A stretch of DNA of 58,991 nt from an uncultured virus (IMG/VR IMGVR_UViG_3300025641_000004) (Duplodnaviria > Heunggongvirae > Uroviricota > Caudoviricetes): the IMG/VR virus record IMGVR_UViG_3300025641_000004. One strand, given 5' to 3'. The translations under genes and the position numbers were made by a program. Below are positions 1 to 10,195 of this stretch, one piece after another; the stretch's first letter is position 1, and each line of letters opens with the position of its first letter. The notes beneath the pieces are model-generated. The model was not told where the DNA came from. It was given only the letters and a program-made list of their open reading frames with translations, and did no database searches.

Positions 1-5
1 ATAGT

Positions 6-758
6 ATGGCTAGACCAGAAACAAGAGACCAATTAGCAGAATATTGTTTAAGAGCTTTAGGCGCTCCTGTCATTGAAATTAACCTTGATGAAGATCAAAT
101 CGATGATCGCATTGATGAAGCTATTCAATTTTATCAGGAGTACCATTCAGATGCAGTAGTAAGAACCTTTGTTAAACATGAGATAACGCAAGATACTATT
201 GATAATAGGGAAATTCAATTACCAGATTCAATATTAAGCGTAACTCGAATCAGAGGTTTAAATTCATCAAGTCTTGGTGGAATGTTTAGTGTTAAATATC
301 AAATGCACCTTAATGATGTTGCTGGATTGAATGGATCAAACGGCGGAGGATTAGTAAACTATGAAATGACTAAACAAAACCTTTCATTAATTGATGATAT
401 TATAAATGGTCATTCTCAACAGGTTTCATATAGTCGCCACAAAAATACAATTAAAATACATAGCGATATTACAGGTTATGCCGGCGTTGGAAATTTTATT
501 CTTGTTGAATGTTACCAAACAATAGATCCAAATTCATATCCTGAAGTATATAATGATATGGCTTTAAAAGAATTATTAACACTACTTCTTAAAAAACAAT
601 GGGGTGCAAATCTAATTAAATTTGAAGGAATGCAACTACCGGGCGGCGTAACAATAAACGGGAGGCCAATTTATGATGACGCTGTAACAGATTTAAAAGA
701 ACTTAAAGAAAGATGGCAATTACAATATGAAGCACCCGTTGATTTTTATTGTGGTTAA
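6..758 (+). CDS. 13: neck protein gp13
   Basis: YCLRALGAPVIEIN and KFEGMQLPGGVTING motifs typical of T4-like gp13; first gene of the 13-14-15-16-17-18 block. Confidence 0.9.
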   Translation: MARPETRDQLAEYCLRALGAPVIEINLDEDQIDDRIDEAIQFYQEYHSDAVVRTFVKHEITQDTIDNREIQLPDSILSVTRIRGLNSSSLGGMFSVKYQMHLNDVAGLNGSNGGGLVNYEMTKQNLSLIDDIINGHSQQVSYSRHKNTIKIHSDITGYAGVGNFILVECYQTIDPNSYPEVYNDMALKELLTLLLKKQWGANLIKFEGMQLPGGVTINGRPIYDDAVTDLKELKERWQLQYEAPVDFYCG

Positions 759-770
759 AATATAATACCA

Positions 771-1706
771 ATGGCTTTAAATAAATATTTTCAAAACGGC
801 GCTAAGTCTGAACAAAACTTATATGAGTCTCTTGTTATAGAGTCCATACAGATTCATGGCATTGACGTTTATTATATTCCTCGTAAGATTATTAAGAGGG
901 ACTTTGTTTTAAATGAAGACGTGGTTTCAACCTTTGATAAAGCATTCAAAGTTGAAATGTATGTTGAGGAAATGGAGGGCTTTGAAGGAGATTCTAAAAT
1001 TTATGAAAAGTTTGGTTTAGAAGTTAGAGATGAAATGACGTTACGCGTCGCTAAGTATCGATGGAACCAACTTATTCAGCGTCACGGTTATGCTGATGAT
1101 GCAGTGCGTCCAAGAGAGGGCGATTTAATTTATGTGCCTCTTTATAAATCTATTTTTGAAATTCGTTATTCTGATTCTAAAAAACCATTTTATCAATTAC
1201 AAGACTTACCATTATTTACTCTTACATGCGAGAAGTTTGAATATGAAGGACAAGAAATTGATACAGGCATTGACGATATTGATGACATACAAGAAAAACT
1301 TTCTCAAGGATTTACTTTTGTTATTGATTCCAAAACAGAACCAAATTTTATTGATGGAGAAACATTAACATTTACTACACCCGGCGGTATAACTGGTAAT
1401 ACAGAGTTCTTTGAATATAATATAGTTCCAGATAGTGACCCAATTGTTGAAGAAATGAGAGTTGGCACTTTAACGTTTGATGACGGATATTTCCATAATA
1501 TTGAGGCTAACACATCATTCTTAGGTACTGAAAGCGGGGGCTCTTTAATTATAAGTGAACTAAGAAGCCTTGACGATTCCGACTCTGATATATTTAATTC
1601 AGATCATTGGGCAGGTAATGCAACGTTTGCTGATGCGGCTAACGGTTTAGAATTTATTGACTTTTCAGAGAGCAATCCATTCGGTGAACCATTTAATTTC
1701 CAATAA
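771..1706 (+). CDS. 14: neck protein gp14 (head closure)
   Basis: EQNLYESLVIESIQIHGIDVYYIPR, PREGDLIY, C-terminal DFSESNPFG; synteny. Confidence 0.9.
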   Translation: MALNKYFQNGAKSEQNLYESLVIESIQIHGIDVYYIPRKIIKRDFVLNEDVVSTFDKAFKVEMYVEEMEGFEGDSKIYEKFGLEVRDEMTLRVAKYRWNQLIQRHGYADDAVRPREGDLIYVPLYKSIFEIRYSDSKKPFYQLQDLPLFTLTCEKFEYEGQEIDTGIDDIDDIQEKLSQGFTFVIDSKTEPNFIDGETLTFTTPGGITGNTEFFEYNIVPDSDPIVEEMRVGTLTFDDGYFHNIEANTSFLGTESGGSLIISELRSLDDSDSDIFNSDHWAGNATFADAANGLEFIDFSESNPFGEPFNFQ

Positions 1707-1716
1707 ATAAAAAACT

Positions 1717-2496
1717 ATGCTAGGACACGATTATTTTTACCATGCCAATGTTCGAAAGATCATTAGTGTGTTTGGCTCATTATTTAATGATATCTATATT
1801 GGTAAGCGAGTTGATGGCGCGTTAACAAGCGTTCAGCGAGTTCCTTTAGCCTATGCGCCAAGAGAAAGATATTTGGCAAGAATAAATGAATCTACCCTTG
1901 ATGAATCTATTGCTATTAAATTACCAAGAATGTCATTTGAGATTGCTGATATTACATATGACGCTGCTACTAAGTTAACAAAATTTAATCAAACAATACA
2001 AAAGGACGCTGATGGAAATTGCTTTAATGTATTTCAAGCAGTACCTTATAACATGACAATTGATTTAAATGTTTTATCTAGATCTCAAGACGAAGCTCTT
2101 CAAATCGTTGAACAAATTTTACCATTCTTTAGCCCTTCATATACGCTTTCAGTAAAAGGTTTAGAAGGTCCTGAGAGTATAACAGATATTCCAATAAGCC
2201 TAAACTCCCTTGATCATGAAGATTCGTATCAAGGTGGTATTAAAGATTCACGAAGAACTATTATATATACATTGAGCTTTGGCGTTAAGGTTAAGTTTGC
2301 AGGGCCTTTAATACCATGTAATAACGGCGGTTTAATTAAAGCTATTGATGTAAGTATTATGGAAGAAGAAGGCAAAGATGCCTTTGGCGGCGTTGAAGTT
2401 AAAACGGCACTGAGAGCGCAAACCGAAGATGATTTTGATTGTGTTGTTAACTTAGGAATCATTGATCCTGATAGAGATATTTGGCCAGATGATTAA
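1717..2496 (+). CDS. 15: tail sheath stabilizer/terminator gp15
   Basis: FGSLFNDI, VPLAYAP, LPRMSFE, QIVEQILPFF motifs; synteny. Confidence 0.9.
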   Translation: MLGHDYFYHANVRKIISVFGSLFNDIYIGKRVDGALTSVQRVPLAYAPRERYLARINESTLDESIAIKLPRMSFEIADITYDAATKLTKFNQTIQKDADGNCFNVFQAVPYNMTIDLNVLSRSQDEALQIVEQILPFFSPSYTLSVKGLEGPESITDIPISLNSLDHEDSYQGGIKDSRRTIIYTLSFGVKVKFAGPLIPCNNGGLIKAIDVSIMEEEGKDAFGGVEVKTALRAQTEDDFDCVVNLGIIDPDRDIWPDD

Positions 2497-2520
2497 GGCA
2501 ATTTTTAAATAAATTATATT

Positions 2521-2967
2521 ATGAGTAAAGATAAAAACGAAATTTTAAAATCACTTGAGAATAATATTCCAAGTGAAATGAAAAATAATATGGAACTCCG
2601 CCCTTTAAAAAAGGAGCCAACTCAAGACCGCCTTATATCAGATGCTGAAGAGGATTTTGAAATAGCTCGTAAACAAATTAAAAGTTTAATTGATACTAGT
2701 GGAGAAGCTATTGAGCAGATGCATAACTTAGCAGCTGACGCAGAACATCCTCGTGCTTTTGAAGTTCTTGGTGCTTTAATAAAGCAAACCGCAGAAATGA
2801 ATGGGCAGCTTTTAGATTTACAAAAACAACGAAAGGCTTTAATTAAAGACGAAAATAAAGCAGCGTCCACCACTACAAATAACAGTATTTTTGTTGGCAC
2901 TACAACAGAGTTACAAAATTTATTAAAAGGTGATGATAACGCTGACAATATAATCGAAGTTGATTAA
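2521..2967 (+). CDS. 16: terminase small subunit gp16
   Basis: HPRAFEV and NNSIFVGTTTELQ motifs; directly upstream of large terminase. Confidence 0.88.
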   Translation: MSKDKNEILKSLENNIPSEMKNNMELRPLKKEPTQDRLISDAEEDFEIARKQIKSLIDTSGEAIEQMHNLAADAEHPRAFEVLGALIKQTAEMNGQLLDLQKQRKALIKDENKAASTTTNNSIFVGTTTELQNLLKGDDNADNIIEVD

Positions 2968-2969
2968 AG

Positions 2970-4553
2970 ATGAAAAATAATTCTTATAATGGTAATACCT
3001 TTATTAAAGCGGATGGAGTACAACAAAGCTTTACTAAAGAAGAAGTAATTGAATATAAGAAATGTATGAATAATATTTCATACTTCTGCGAAAAATATGT
3101 TAAGGTAATTAGTTTAGATAAAGGATTAGTTCCATTTAAATTAAGAGGGTACCAAGAAGATCTTGTAAACCATTATAAAGATAATCGTTTTAGTATTGTT
3201 TTAGCTTGCCGTCAAAGTGGTAAAAGTATCACGTCAATAGCATGGCTACTTCATTACTTAGTATTTAATTCAAATAAGAAGATCGGTATTCTTGCCAATA
3301 AAGGAGCAACTGCAAGAGAAATGCTTGCGAGGCTAACTCTAATGTTAGAGAATTTACCATTCTTTTTACAGCCTGGCTGTAAAGTTTTAAATAAAGGTAA
3401 TATTATTTTCAGTCATAACTCTGAGATTATTGCCGGAGCTACTAGTTCTAGTAGTATTCGTGGTTTGAGTTTGAATGTTGTATTCCTTGATGAGTTTGCT
3501 TTCGTTCAAAGGTCGGAAGAGTTTTACACTAGTACATATCCAGTTATTACTTCTGGTGAAGACACTAAGGTAATTATTACAAGCACTCCAAATGGACTTG
3601 GTAATATGTTTTATAAACTATGGGAAGGCGCTGTCCAAAAAGCTAATAACTTTGCGCCATACACAGTTAGTTGGTGGGATGTTCCAGGCAGAGATGAAGC
3701 TTGGAAAAAAGAAACTATTGCTAATACATCTGCCGTTCAATTTAAACAAGAATTTGAAATTGAGTTTATTGGTAGCTCTCATACTTTAATTGATACAAAT
3801 GTTCTTTTAGGAATGAATTCACGAAATCCTGAAAAAATTCAACATGATATTAATTATTATGAAGAGCCAAATCTTAGTCATACTTATGTTTTAACTGCAG
3901 ATGTTTCAAAGGGAAGAGGACAAGACTATAGTACTTTTTCTGTCATTGATATAACAAACCAACCATTTAAACAAGTTTGTACATATAGAAATAATACAAT
4001 TTCCCCGCTATTATTCCCAGATGTTATTATTAGAGCAGCAAAAACATATAACGATGCGCTTGTAATTATAGAGAATAATGATGCAGGACAAGTAGTATGT
4101 AATGCTGTTTATTATGAACATGAGTATGAAAATACTTTTACAACAAGCACAGTAAAATCAAATGGTATTGGCGTAACAATGTCTGCAAAAGTTAAACGAA
4201 TGGGCTGTTCTAACTTAAAAGATTTGTTAGAAGGCGGTAAATTATTATTGGTTGATCCCAATACAATAGCAGAATTTAGTTCGTTTGAGCCAAAGGGTAA
4301 CTCATATTCGGGTGCAAGTGGAACACACGATGATTCTGTAATGAACTTTGTTTTATTTGCATGGTTTGTTAGTACTGACTTTTTCAGATCATTAACTGAT
4401 ATAGAAATTAAAGATCTTCTATATAAAGAAAGGATTCTGGAAATGGAAGAGGATCTACCTCCATTTGGTTATATGCATGGATCTAAAGATAATAGAAACG
4501 ATGAGCATAGTAACTTAGTAGATAATATTAAAGATTGGAAATCGGCCTTTTAA
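2970..4553 (+). CDS. 17: terminase large subunit gp17
   Basis: Walker A RQSGKS, Walker B VFLDEFAF, STPNG, nuclease DVSKGRGQDYS and HDD. Confidence 0.97.
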   Translation: MKNNSYNGNTFIKADGVQQSFTKEEVIEYKKCMNNISYFCEKYVKVISLDKGLVPFKLRGYQEDLVNHYKDNRFSIVLACRQSGKSITSIAWLLHYLVFNSNKKIGILANKGATAREMLARLTLMLENLPFFLQPGCKVLNKGNIIFSHNSEIIAGATSSSSIRGLSLNVVFLDEFAFVQRSEEFYTSTYPVITSGEDTKVIITSTPNGLGNMFYKLWEGAVQKANNFAPYTVSWWDVPGRDEAWKKETIANTSAVQFKQEFEIEFIGSSHTLIDTNVLLGMNSRNPEKIQHDINYYEEPNLSHTYVLTADVSKGRGQDYSTFSVIDITNQPFKQVCTYRNNTISPLLFPDVIIRAAKTYNDALVIIENNDAGQVVCNAVYYEHEYENTFTTSTVKSNGIGVTMSAKVKRMGCSNLKDLLEGGKLLLVDPNTIAEFSSFEPKGNSYSGASGTHDDSVMNFVLFAWFVSTDFFRSLTDIEIKDLLYKERILEMEEDLPPFGYMHGSKDNRNDEHSNLVDNIKDWKSAF

Positions 4554-4643
4554 GGGCCGTTATAAAATAAATATTGTTATTGAGAATATTCTTATTATGC
4601 TAATTATAAATTGTAAAACAAAATACACTGAAAGGAAAAACTT

Positions 4644-6488
4644 ATGGGATTTTTAGTATCACCTGGAGTTGAGATCAAAGAAACTGATCTCACAGATATA
4701 GTGCCAGCACAATCCACCTCTATTGGTGGATATGCAGGGTACTTTCGTTGGGGACCGTCGGGACGTTTAGTCACGGTAGGCTCAGAAACAGACCTCGCTA
4801 AGGTTTTTGGAACACCAGAAATCAAGGGAGAAATCGAAGTTAGCTTCTTAACTGCTGCTAGCTTTTTAAAATATGGCAATTCATTAAAAGTAGCGCGGGC
4901 CGTTAATGGCTCTTATAACGCGACATCAGGAGGCGCAGGTATGGATACTATTCCAGCACCAGCCGGCTTCACTGGCGATTATGACCCAGGCGTAATTAAT
5001 GGACAAGACGACTTAGATAGATTATCATCTGAATTACTTGGGATTGATTCGAATATCGTTGCACGATATGCGGGTTCTTTAGGTAACTCACTGCGTGTTT
5101 ATTTTATAACAGAAGACAATTGGGACACAGTAGATAGTACCATTAAAGCTCAATTAGGATATAAACCAACCAACACTGTTTGGGCGGAAAATCTTTTAGG
5201 CGATACAACTGCAAAAGATGAAATTCACGTATTGGTTGTAGACCAAGGTGGTGCATTTTCTGGAGATCAAGGTAGCATTCTTGAAATTTACCAAGGTTTA
5301 TCAATGGCAGCAAATGCAAAAGATGAGTTTGGTGAGTCTAACTATTGGGTTTCTAAATTAAATGGAGGAAGTTCATATGTTTGGGCCGTTCGTCCTACTG
5401 AAGAGCCTATTCTTGTTCAAGGAGCGCTTATAGATTTTTATGCTGGAATTAATAGTATTTTACAAGAGGTTACAGAGACCACCGGCACAGTGACAGTTCC
5501 AGTGGAAGGTTTTGAAGAATATTATGTTGATCTCGCAGATGGAATGGACGACGCCGATTATACTGCAGATCCTGTAGTGGAGGCAATCGAATTATTTGGC
5601 GATTATGAAACCGTTGATGTTAACTTGATTTTTGCACAGAACTTTACAGAGCTTGCTCTTGATTACGATTATGTAACGTCAAAAACCAAAACCGTTGATG
5701 ATAAACTTTTAGAAATTGCTAATACACGTAAAGACTGTATGGCATTCCTTTCTGCTCCTTTAAAGGTTAAAGAATACACAAATGATGTCGACCGATTGAA
5801 TGAGGTATTATGGAAATTTGAAGGTAAATCTGGCTCCGGAGGTGTTACTTCTACAAGTTATGCAGTATTTGATAGTACTCCTGCTTATGTTTATAATCGT
5901 TATAAAGACCAATATGTTTGGATTCCTTTATGCGGTCATATTGCAGGTCTTTGCGCAAATACAGATAATGTTTCAGAGCCATGGTTCTCTCCAGCTGGAT
6001 TAAACCGAGGTAATATTCAAAGTGTTATTAAACTTGCTTACAATCCTAAGCAGGCCGATCGTGATGAATTATACAAGAAAAGAGTTAACCCAGTGGTTTC
6101 TTTCCCTGGCCAAGGTATCGTTCTATATGGTGATAAGACAGCCCTAGCACGTCCTTCTGCGTTTGATCGCATTAATGTTCGTAGGTTGTTTATGACCGTT
6201 GAGAAGGCAATTGCTACATCTGCTAAATTCCAGTTATTTGAAATTAACGACGAGTTTACAAGATCAGCTTTTGTTAATGCAATCGCGCCATTCTTACGAG
6301 ATGTTCAAGGTCGTCGAGGAATCGAAGACTTTAAGATAGTGTGTGACTCATCGAATAATACATCACAAGTTGTTGATGGAAACCGATTCGTTGCTGATAT
6401 TTACATCAAGCCGTTACGTTCAATTAACTTTATCACGCTTAACTTTATAGCTACCAGAACAGGTGCTATTTTTGAAGAGCTGGTTTAA
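4644..6488 (+). CDS. 18: tail sheath protein gp18
   Basis: SPGVEIKETD N-terminus, PWFSPAG, GDKT, FDRINVRRLF, FEINDEFTR. Confidence 0.97.
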   Translation: MGFLVSPGVEIKETDLTDIVPAQSTSIGGYAGYFRWGPSGRLVTVGSETDLAKVFGTPEIKGEIEVSFLTAASFLKYGNSLKVARAVNGSYNATSGGAGMDTIPAPAGFTGDYDPGVINGQDDLDRLSSELLGIDSNIVARYAGSLGNSLRVYFITEDNWDTVDSTIKAQLGYKPTNTVWAENLLGDTTAKDEIHVLVVDQGGAFSGDQGSILEIYQGLSMAANAKDEFGESNYWVSKLNGGSSYVWAVRPTEEPILVQGALIDFYAGINSILQEVTETTGTVTVPVEGFEEYYVDLADGMDDADYTADPVVEAIELFGDYETVDVNLIFAQNFTELALDYDYVTSKTKTVDDKLLEIANTRKDCMAFLSAPLKVKEYTNDVDRLNEVLWKFEGKSGSGGVTSTSYAVFDSTPAYVYNRYKDQYVWIPLCGHIAGLCANTDNVSEPWFSPAGLNRGNIQSVIKLAYNPKQADRDELYKKRVNPVVSFPGQGIVLYGDKTALARPSAFDRINVRRLFMTVEKAIATSAKFQLFEINDEFTRSAFVNAIAPFLRDVQGRRGIEDFKIVCDSSNNTSQVVDGNRFVADIYIKPLRSINFITLNFIATRTGAIFEELV

Positions 6489-6533
6489 TAAAGGATTGAT
6501 AAATATTAATATAAACAGTAGAAAATAAAAAAA

Positions 6534-7121
6534 ATGAGTAATATATCAGATTTTAAATCACAATTAACAGGGGGAGGCGCAAGGCCAAACCTATTCAAAT
6601 GTAAAGTGTTTTTTCCGCCTGAGCTTTCAACAGATACGTTGACTAAGCTTGGTAGCTTTATGATCAAAGGAGCGCAACTTCCATCGAGTGTTATAGCACC
6701 CGTCGAAGTTCCTTACCTAGGTCGTAAGTTAAAGGTTGCAGGAGACCGTACATTTGAACCATGGACGATTACAGTTATTAACGACGAAAACATGCTTATA
6801 AGGGATGCCTTTGAAACATGGATGGATCTTATTAACGATAATAAAGCAAACACGTCTCAGTACAGCCAATCAGGCGAAGCGCTAAACTATATGCGCCCTG
6901 TAGAAGTTGAGCAACTTGGTCGTGATGGCGCAGGTCATGGACTCTCATCCGGACTTGGTGCTGCGATTAAGGGTTATAAATTAATCGATGCATTCCCAAC
7001 AAACATCAGTGCAATTGATCTTAATTATGAAACCAACGATACGATTGAAGAGTTTACAGTAGAATTTAATTACCAATATTGGGTAAGTAATACCACTGCT
7101 GCAACATCAGATTCAAACTAA
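6534..7121 (+). CDS. 19: tail tube protein gp19
   Basis: GGGARPNLF, AGDRTFEPWTITVIND, IEEFTVEFNYQYW. Confidence 0.95.
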   Translation: MSNISDFKSQLTGGGARPNLFKCKVFFPPELSTDTLTKLGSFMIKGAQLPSSVIAPVEVPYLGRKLKVAGDRTFEPWTITVINDENMLIRDAFETWMDLINDNKANTSQYSQSGEALNYMRPVEVEQLGRDGAGHGLSSGLGAAIKGYKLIDAFPTNISAIDLNYETNDTIEEFTVEFNYQYWVSNTTAATSDSN

Positions 7122-7150
7122 TCGTTATAATTAGTTAAAACAAATTAAGT

Positions 7151-7189
7151 CTTAGAATTACCCTGAGTTGATCTTGGGGTAATTCTAAG
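7151..7189 (+). terminator. long stem-loop between genes 19 and 20 (terminator or processing/stability hairpin)
   Basis: CTTAGAATTACCCTGAG-TTGAT-CTTGGGGTAATTCTAAG inverted repeat; no clean U-tract. Confidence 0.55.
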
Positions 7190-7204
7190 CATTATATATA
7201 ATAT

Positions 7205-8707
7205 ATGAATGTATTCGGATTTGACATAAGTAAAAAGCTAAAGAAAGCAAATATACTAGACGATGAAAGTGACGCAAAGGATTCTATTGAAAGTTTTGCT
7301 CCGCCTTTAAATGATGACGGCTCTGCTGTTTTTTCATCAGGGGCGGCGTCTGGTTATTATGGGCAAGTTCTCGATTTGGATAATTTAAATATTCAAAACG
7401 AAAAAGATCTAATTAAAAGTTATAGAACGGCGGCAGCTCAACCTGAGTGCGATCTCGCAATTAATGATATTGTTAATGCTGCTATTGTTGGAGATTCTAA
7501 TACTGCTCCTGTAAATTTAGTTCTTGACGATGTAGATTTAACGGATGGTATTAAAAAGAAATTTAGAGATGAGTTTGATACAATTATTAAACTATTAAAA
7601 TTTAATTTTAATTCACATGACGTCTTTAGGCGGTGGTATATTGATGGTAAACTATATTACCATTTAATGATTGATTCTGAAAATATTAAACAAGGTATTA
7701 AAGATGTTCGATTAATTGATCCTTTACATATTCGTAAAGTAAAAGAAGTTACTAAGAAAGTTAGTAAAAGAACCGGTGAAGAAACCACTGGTGTTACTAA
7801 AGAGTATTACCTTTATGGGCAAGATATGTCTGCAGGAAACCAGGCTTTAAAAATCGACCCAAATGTTATTGTATATGTTCCATCGGGAACAACAGACGAA
7901 ACACAAAAAATTTCAACGTCATATCTTCATAAAAGTGTAAAACTAGTAAACCAATTGCGTGTAATGGAAGACGCTCTTGTTATTTACAGAATATCACGAG
8001 CTCCTGAACGCCGCATATTTTATATTGATATTGGTAACCTTCCTAAAGGTAAAGCCGAAGAATATGTTCAAGGAATTATGTCTAAGTATCGTAATAAGTT
8101 AATTTACGATGCGCGAACTGGAGAAGTTCAGGATGAAAGTAAGAGCATGAGTATGCTCGAAGATTTTTGGTTACCACGCCGTGAAGGTGGTCGAGGAACA
8201 GAGATTACTACGCTCCCAGGCGGTGAGAATCTTTCTCAAATTGATGATGTTATCTTTTTCCAAAAGAAACTATATCGTTCATTAAATGTTCCGTTAAGTA
8301 GGATTGATTCTGAAAGCACTTATAACGCTGGACGAGTTAGTGAGATTTCAAGAGAAGAAGTAAAATTCCAAAAGTTTATTAATAGACTTCGCCGTAAGTT
8401 TTCGGTATTGTTTATTAATATGCTTAGAGTACAGTGCTTGCTAAAACGCATTTGTACTGAAGAAGAATGGGATGATATTGAACAGAAAATAGCAATTGAC
8501 TTTATTGAAGATAACTATTTTTCAGAGTTAAAGGACTTTGAAATCCTAAGAGAACGCATTACAATGTTAGAACAAATACAGCCATTTATTGGTAAGTATT
8601 ATTCTAAGAAGTGGGTAAGATCTAATGTTCTTAACTTCACTGACGAGGATGTTGAAAGAATCGACGCTGAAATTGAAGAAGATCCTGTTGATGATGATGA
8701 GTTTTAA
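7205..8707 (+). CDS. 20: portal vertex protein gp20
   Basis: YRISRAPERRIFYIDIGNLP, EDFWLPRREGGRGTEITTLPGG. Confidence 0.97.
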   Translation: MNVFGFDISKKLKKANILDDESDAKDSIESFAPPLNDDGSAVFSSGAASGYYGQVLDLDNLNIQNEKDLIKSYRTAAAQPECDLAINDIVNAAIVGDSNTAPVNLVLDDVDLTDGIKKKFRDEFDTIIKLLKFNFNSHDVFRRWYIDGKLYYHLMIDSENIKQGIKDVRLIDPLHIRKVKEVTKKVSKRTGEETTGVTKEYYLYGQDMSAGNQALKIDPNVIVYVPSGTTDETQKISTSYLHKSVKLVNQLRVMEDALVIYRISRAPERRIFYIDIGNLPKGKAEEYVQGIMSKYRNKLIYDARTGEVQDESKSMSMLEDFWLPRREGGRGTEITTLPGGENLSQIDDVIFFQKKLYRSLNVPLSRIDSESTYNAGRVSEISREEVKFQKFINRLRRKFSVLFINMLRVQCLLKRICTEEEWDDIEQKIAIDFIEDNYFSELKDFEILRERITMLEQIQPFIGKYYSKKWVRSNVLNFTDEDVERIDAEIEEDPVDDDEF

Positions 8708-8732
8708 AATAGATGCTTAAAACAAAAAATTA

Positions 8733-8740
8733 TATAAATA
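8733..8740 (+). promoter_or_regulatory. T4-type late promoter
   Basis: TATAAATA upstream of prohead core gene. Confidence 0.75.
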
Positions 8741-8752
8741 AATAATATTAAA

Positions 8753-9418
8753 ATGAATACAAACGAATTAATAAAAAGCATAGTTTCAGGCGATACTAAG
8801 CAATCTTCTTCGATTTTAAATACTCTTTTAAAAGATAAAGTTAAAACTGAAATTGATTTACAAAGAGTAACTGCAGCAAATAACATTTTTACTGATGCTG
8901 AAGATGTTGTTGAAGCTTGTGGCAAAGAGAAAAAGAAGAAGAGTAAAGAAGAAGTAGAAGAAGGTAATGAATTTACTAAAGCTGCTGCTAAAGCAGTTAT
9001 TGATGGCGAAGAGGAATTCGAATTCAACGGTAAGACTTACAAAGCAACTATTGATAAAGAAGCTGCTAAAAAAATCCTTGGTATTAAAGAAGATAATTTA
9101 GAAGAATCGACGGTAAATCTCAAATCTCTACATGGTAAGCCTTATTCGGTTTGGCATAATTTTAAATTAAGTGATTACAATAAAAAACGTGATGAAGTTT
9201 TAGCCTTTTTCCATAAACTTACTAATTCAAATAAGAAAGAGGTCTTTATAGATGGAGAAGATATTGTTATTATGCATCGTGGAAAACCACATACAATGCC
9301 AGCCTTTTCTAAGAGAAGCGGCATTACTTTTAAAAATGTTTACGATGATATTATAAAACTTTTAGATTCTGTACAACATAATTCAAGTTCGATAAATGAA
9401 GCAACAAGATTTGCATAA
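8753..9418 (+). CDS. prohead core protein (gp67/68-like N-terminus) with appended domains
   Basis: Lies between portal and prohead protease; helical N-terminal ~45 aa; several (I/L/V)-X-E sites separating segments. Confidence 0.6.
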   Translation: MNTNELIKSIVSGDTKQSSSILNTLLKDKVKTEIDLQRVTAANNIFTDAEDVVEACGKEKKKKSKEEVEEGNEFTKAAAKAVIDGEEEFEFNGKTYKATIDKEAAKKILGIKEDNLEESTVNLKSLHGKPYSVWHNFKLSDYNKKRDEVLAFFHKLTNSNKKEVFIDGEDIVIMHRGKPHTMPAFSKRSGITFKNVYDDIIKLLDSVQHNSSSINEATRFA

Positions 9419-9419
9419 T

Positions 9420-10076
9420 ATGAAACTAATAACAGAACACAACGAGGAGCTAAATTACCTCACCGAAACAAAGGATGGCAAAAAGAGTCATATCATCGAA
9501 GGTATCTTTATGCAAGCCGATCAGCTTAATCATAATAAAAGGATTTACCCAAAGGCAATTCTAGAAGGTTCGGTTAAAAAATACGTTGAGAATTACGTTG
9601 CAAAAGGTCGCGCAGTTGGTGAATTAAACCATCCTGAAGGCCCTTCAATTAATTTGGATAAAGTATCTCATCGTATTACAGAGCTTAGCTGGAATGGTAA
9701 CAATGTTATTGGTAAAGCAAAGATTCTTGATACTCCAATGGGAACAATCGTTAAGGGATTACTTGAAGGCGGTTGCCAACTTGGTGTTAGTTCACGAGGA
9801 ATGGGCAGTGTATCAAAAAATCGCCAAGGCGTTGATGTTGTTAACGAAGACTTTATTTTAGCAACAGTTGATATTGTACAAGATCCTTCAGCTCCGAGCG
9901 CATTTGTAAATGGTATTATGGAAGGCGTTGAGTACTTCTTTGAAGGAAACCAAATCGTTACAAAAGCAGCAGAGCATATTAAAGCTGAGGCTGACAAACT
10001 TTCTTTAAATCAATTAGAAGAGCAACAGCAGCAGCTGTTCTCATCCTTTCTTAAGGATATTTCAATTGATTTATAA
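9420..10076 (+). CDS. 21: prohead protease gp21
   Basis: MKLITE start (ATG 9420 preferred over 9396), GELNHP, GVSSRGMGS, DIVQDPSAP. Confidence 0.95.
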   Translation: MKLITEHNEELNYLTETKDGKKSHIIEGIFMQADQLNHNKRIYPKAILEGSVKKYVENYVAKGRAVGELNHPEGPSINLDKVSHRITELSWNGNNVIGKAKILDTPMGTIVKGLLEGGCQLGVSSRGMGSVSKNRQGVDVVNEDFILATVDIVQDPSAPSAFVNGIMEGVEYFFEGNQIVTKAAEHIKAEADKLSLNQLEEQQQQLFSSFLKDISIDL

Positions 10077-10195
10077 ACAAATTTTTTATTATGGTTAATG
10101 TGAGAATTTATAGTATGGGAAATAATGAATATTAATGAGACTGAGATCGCTTATGATTTCCTCTCCAACTTAAAAGAAACTAAGAAAAACTAAAT

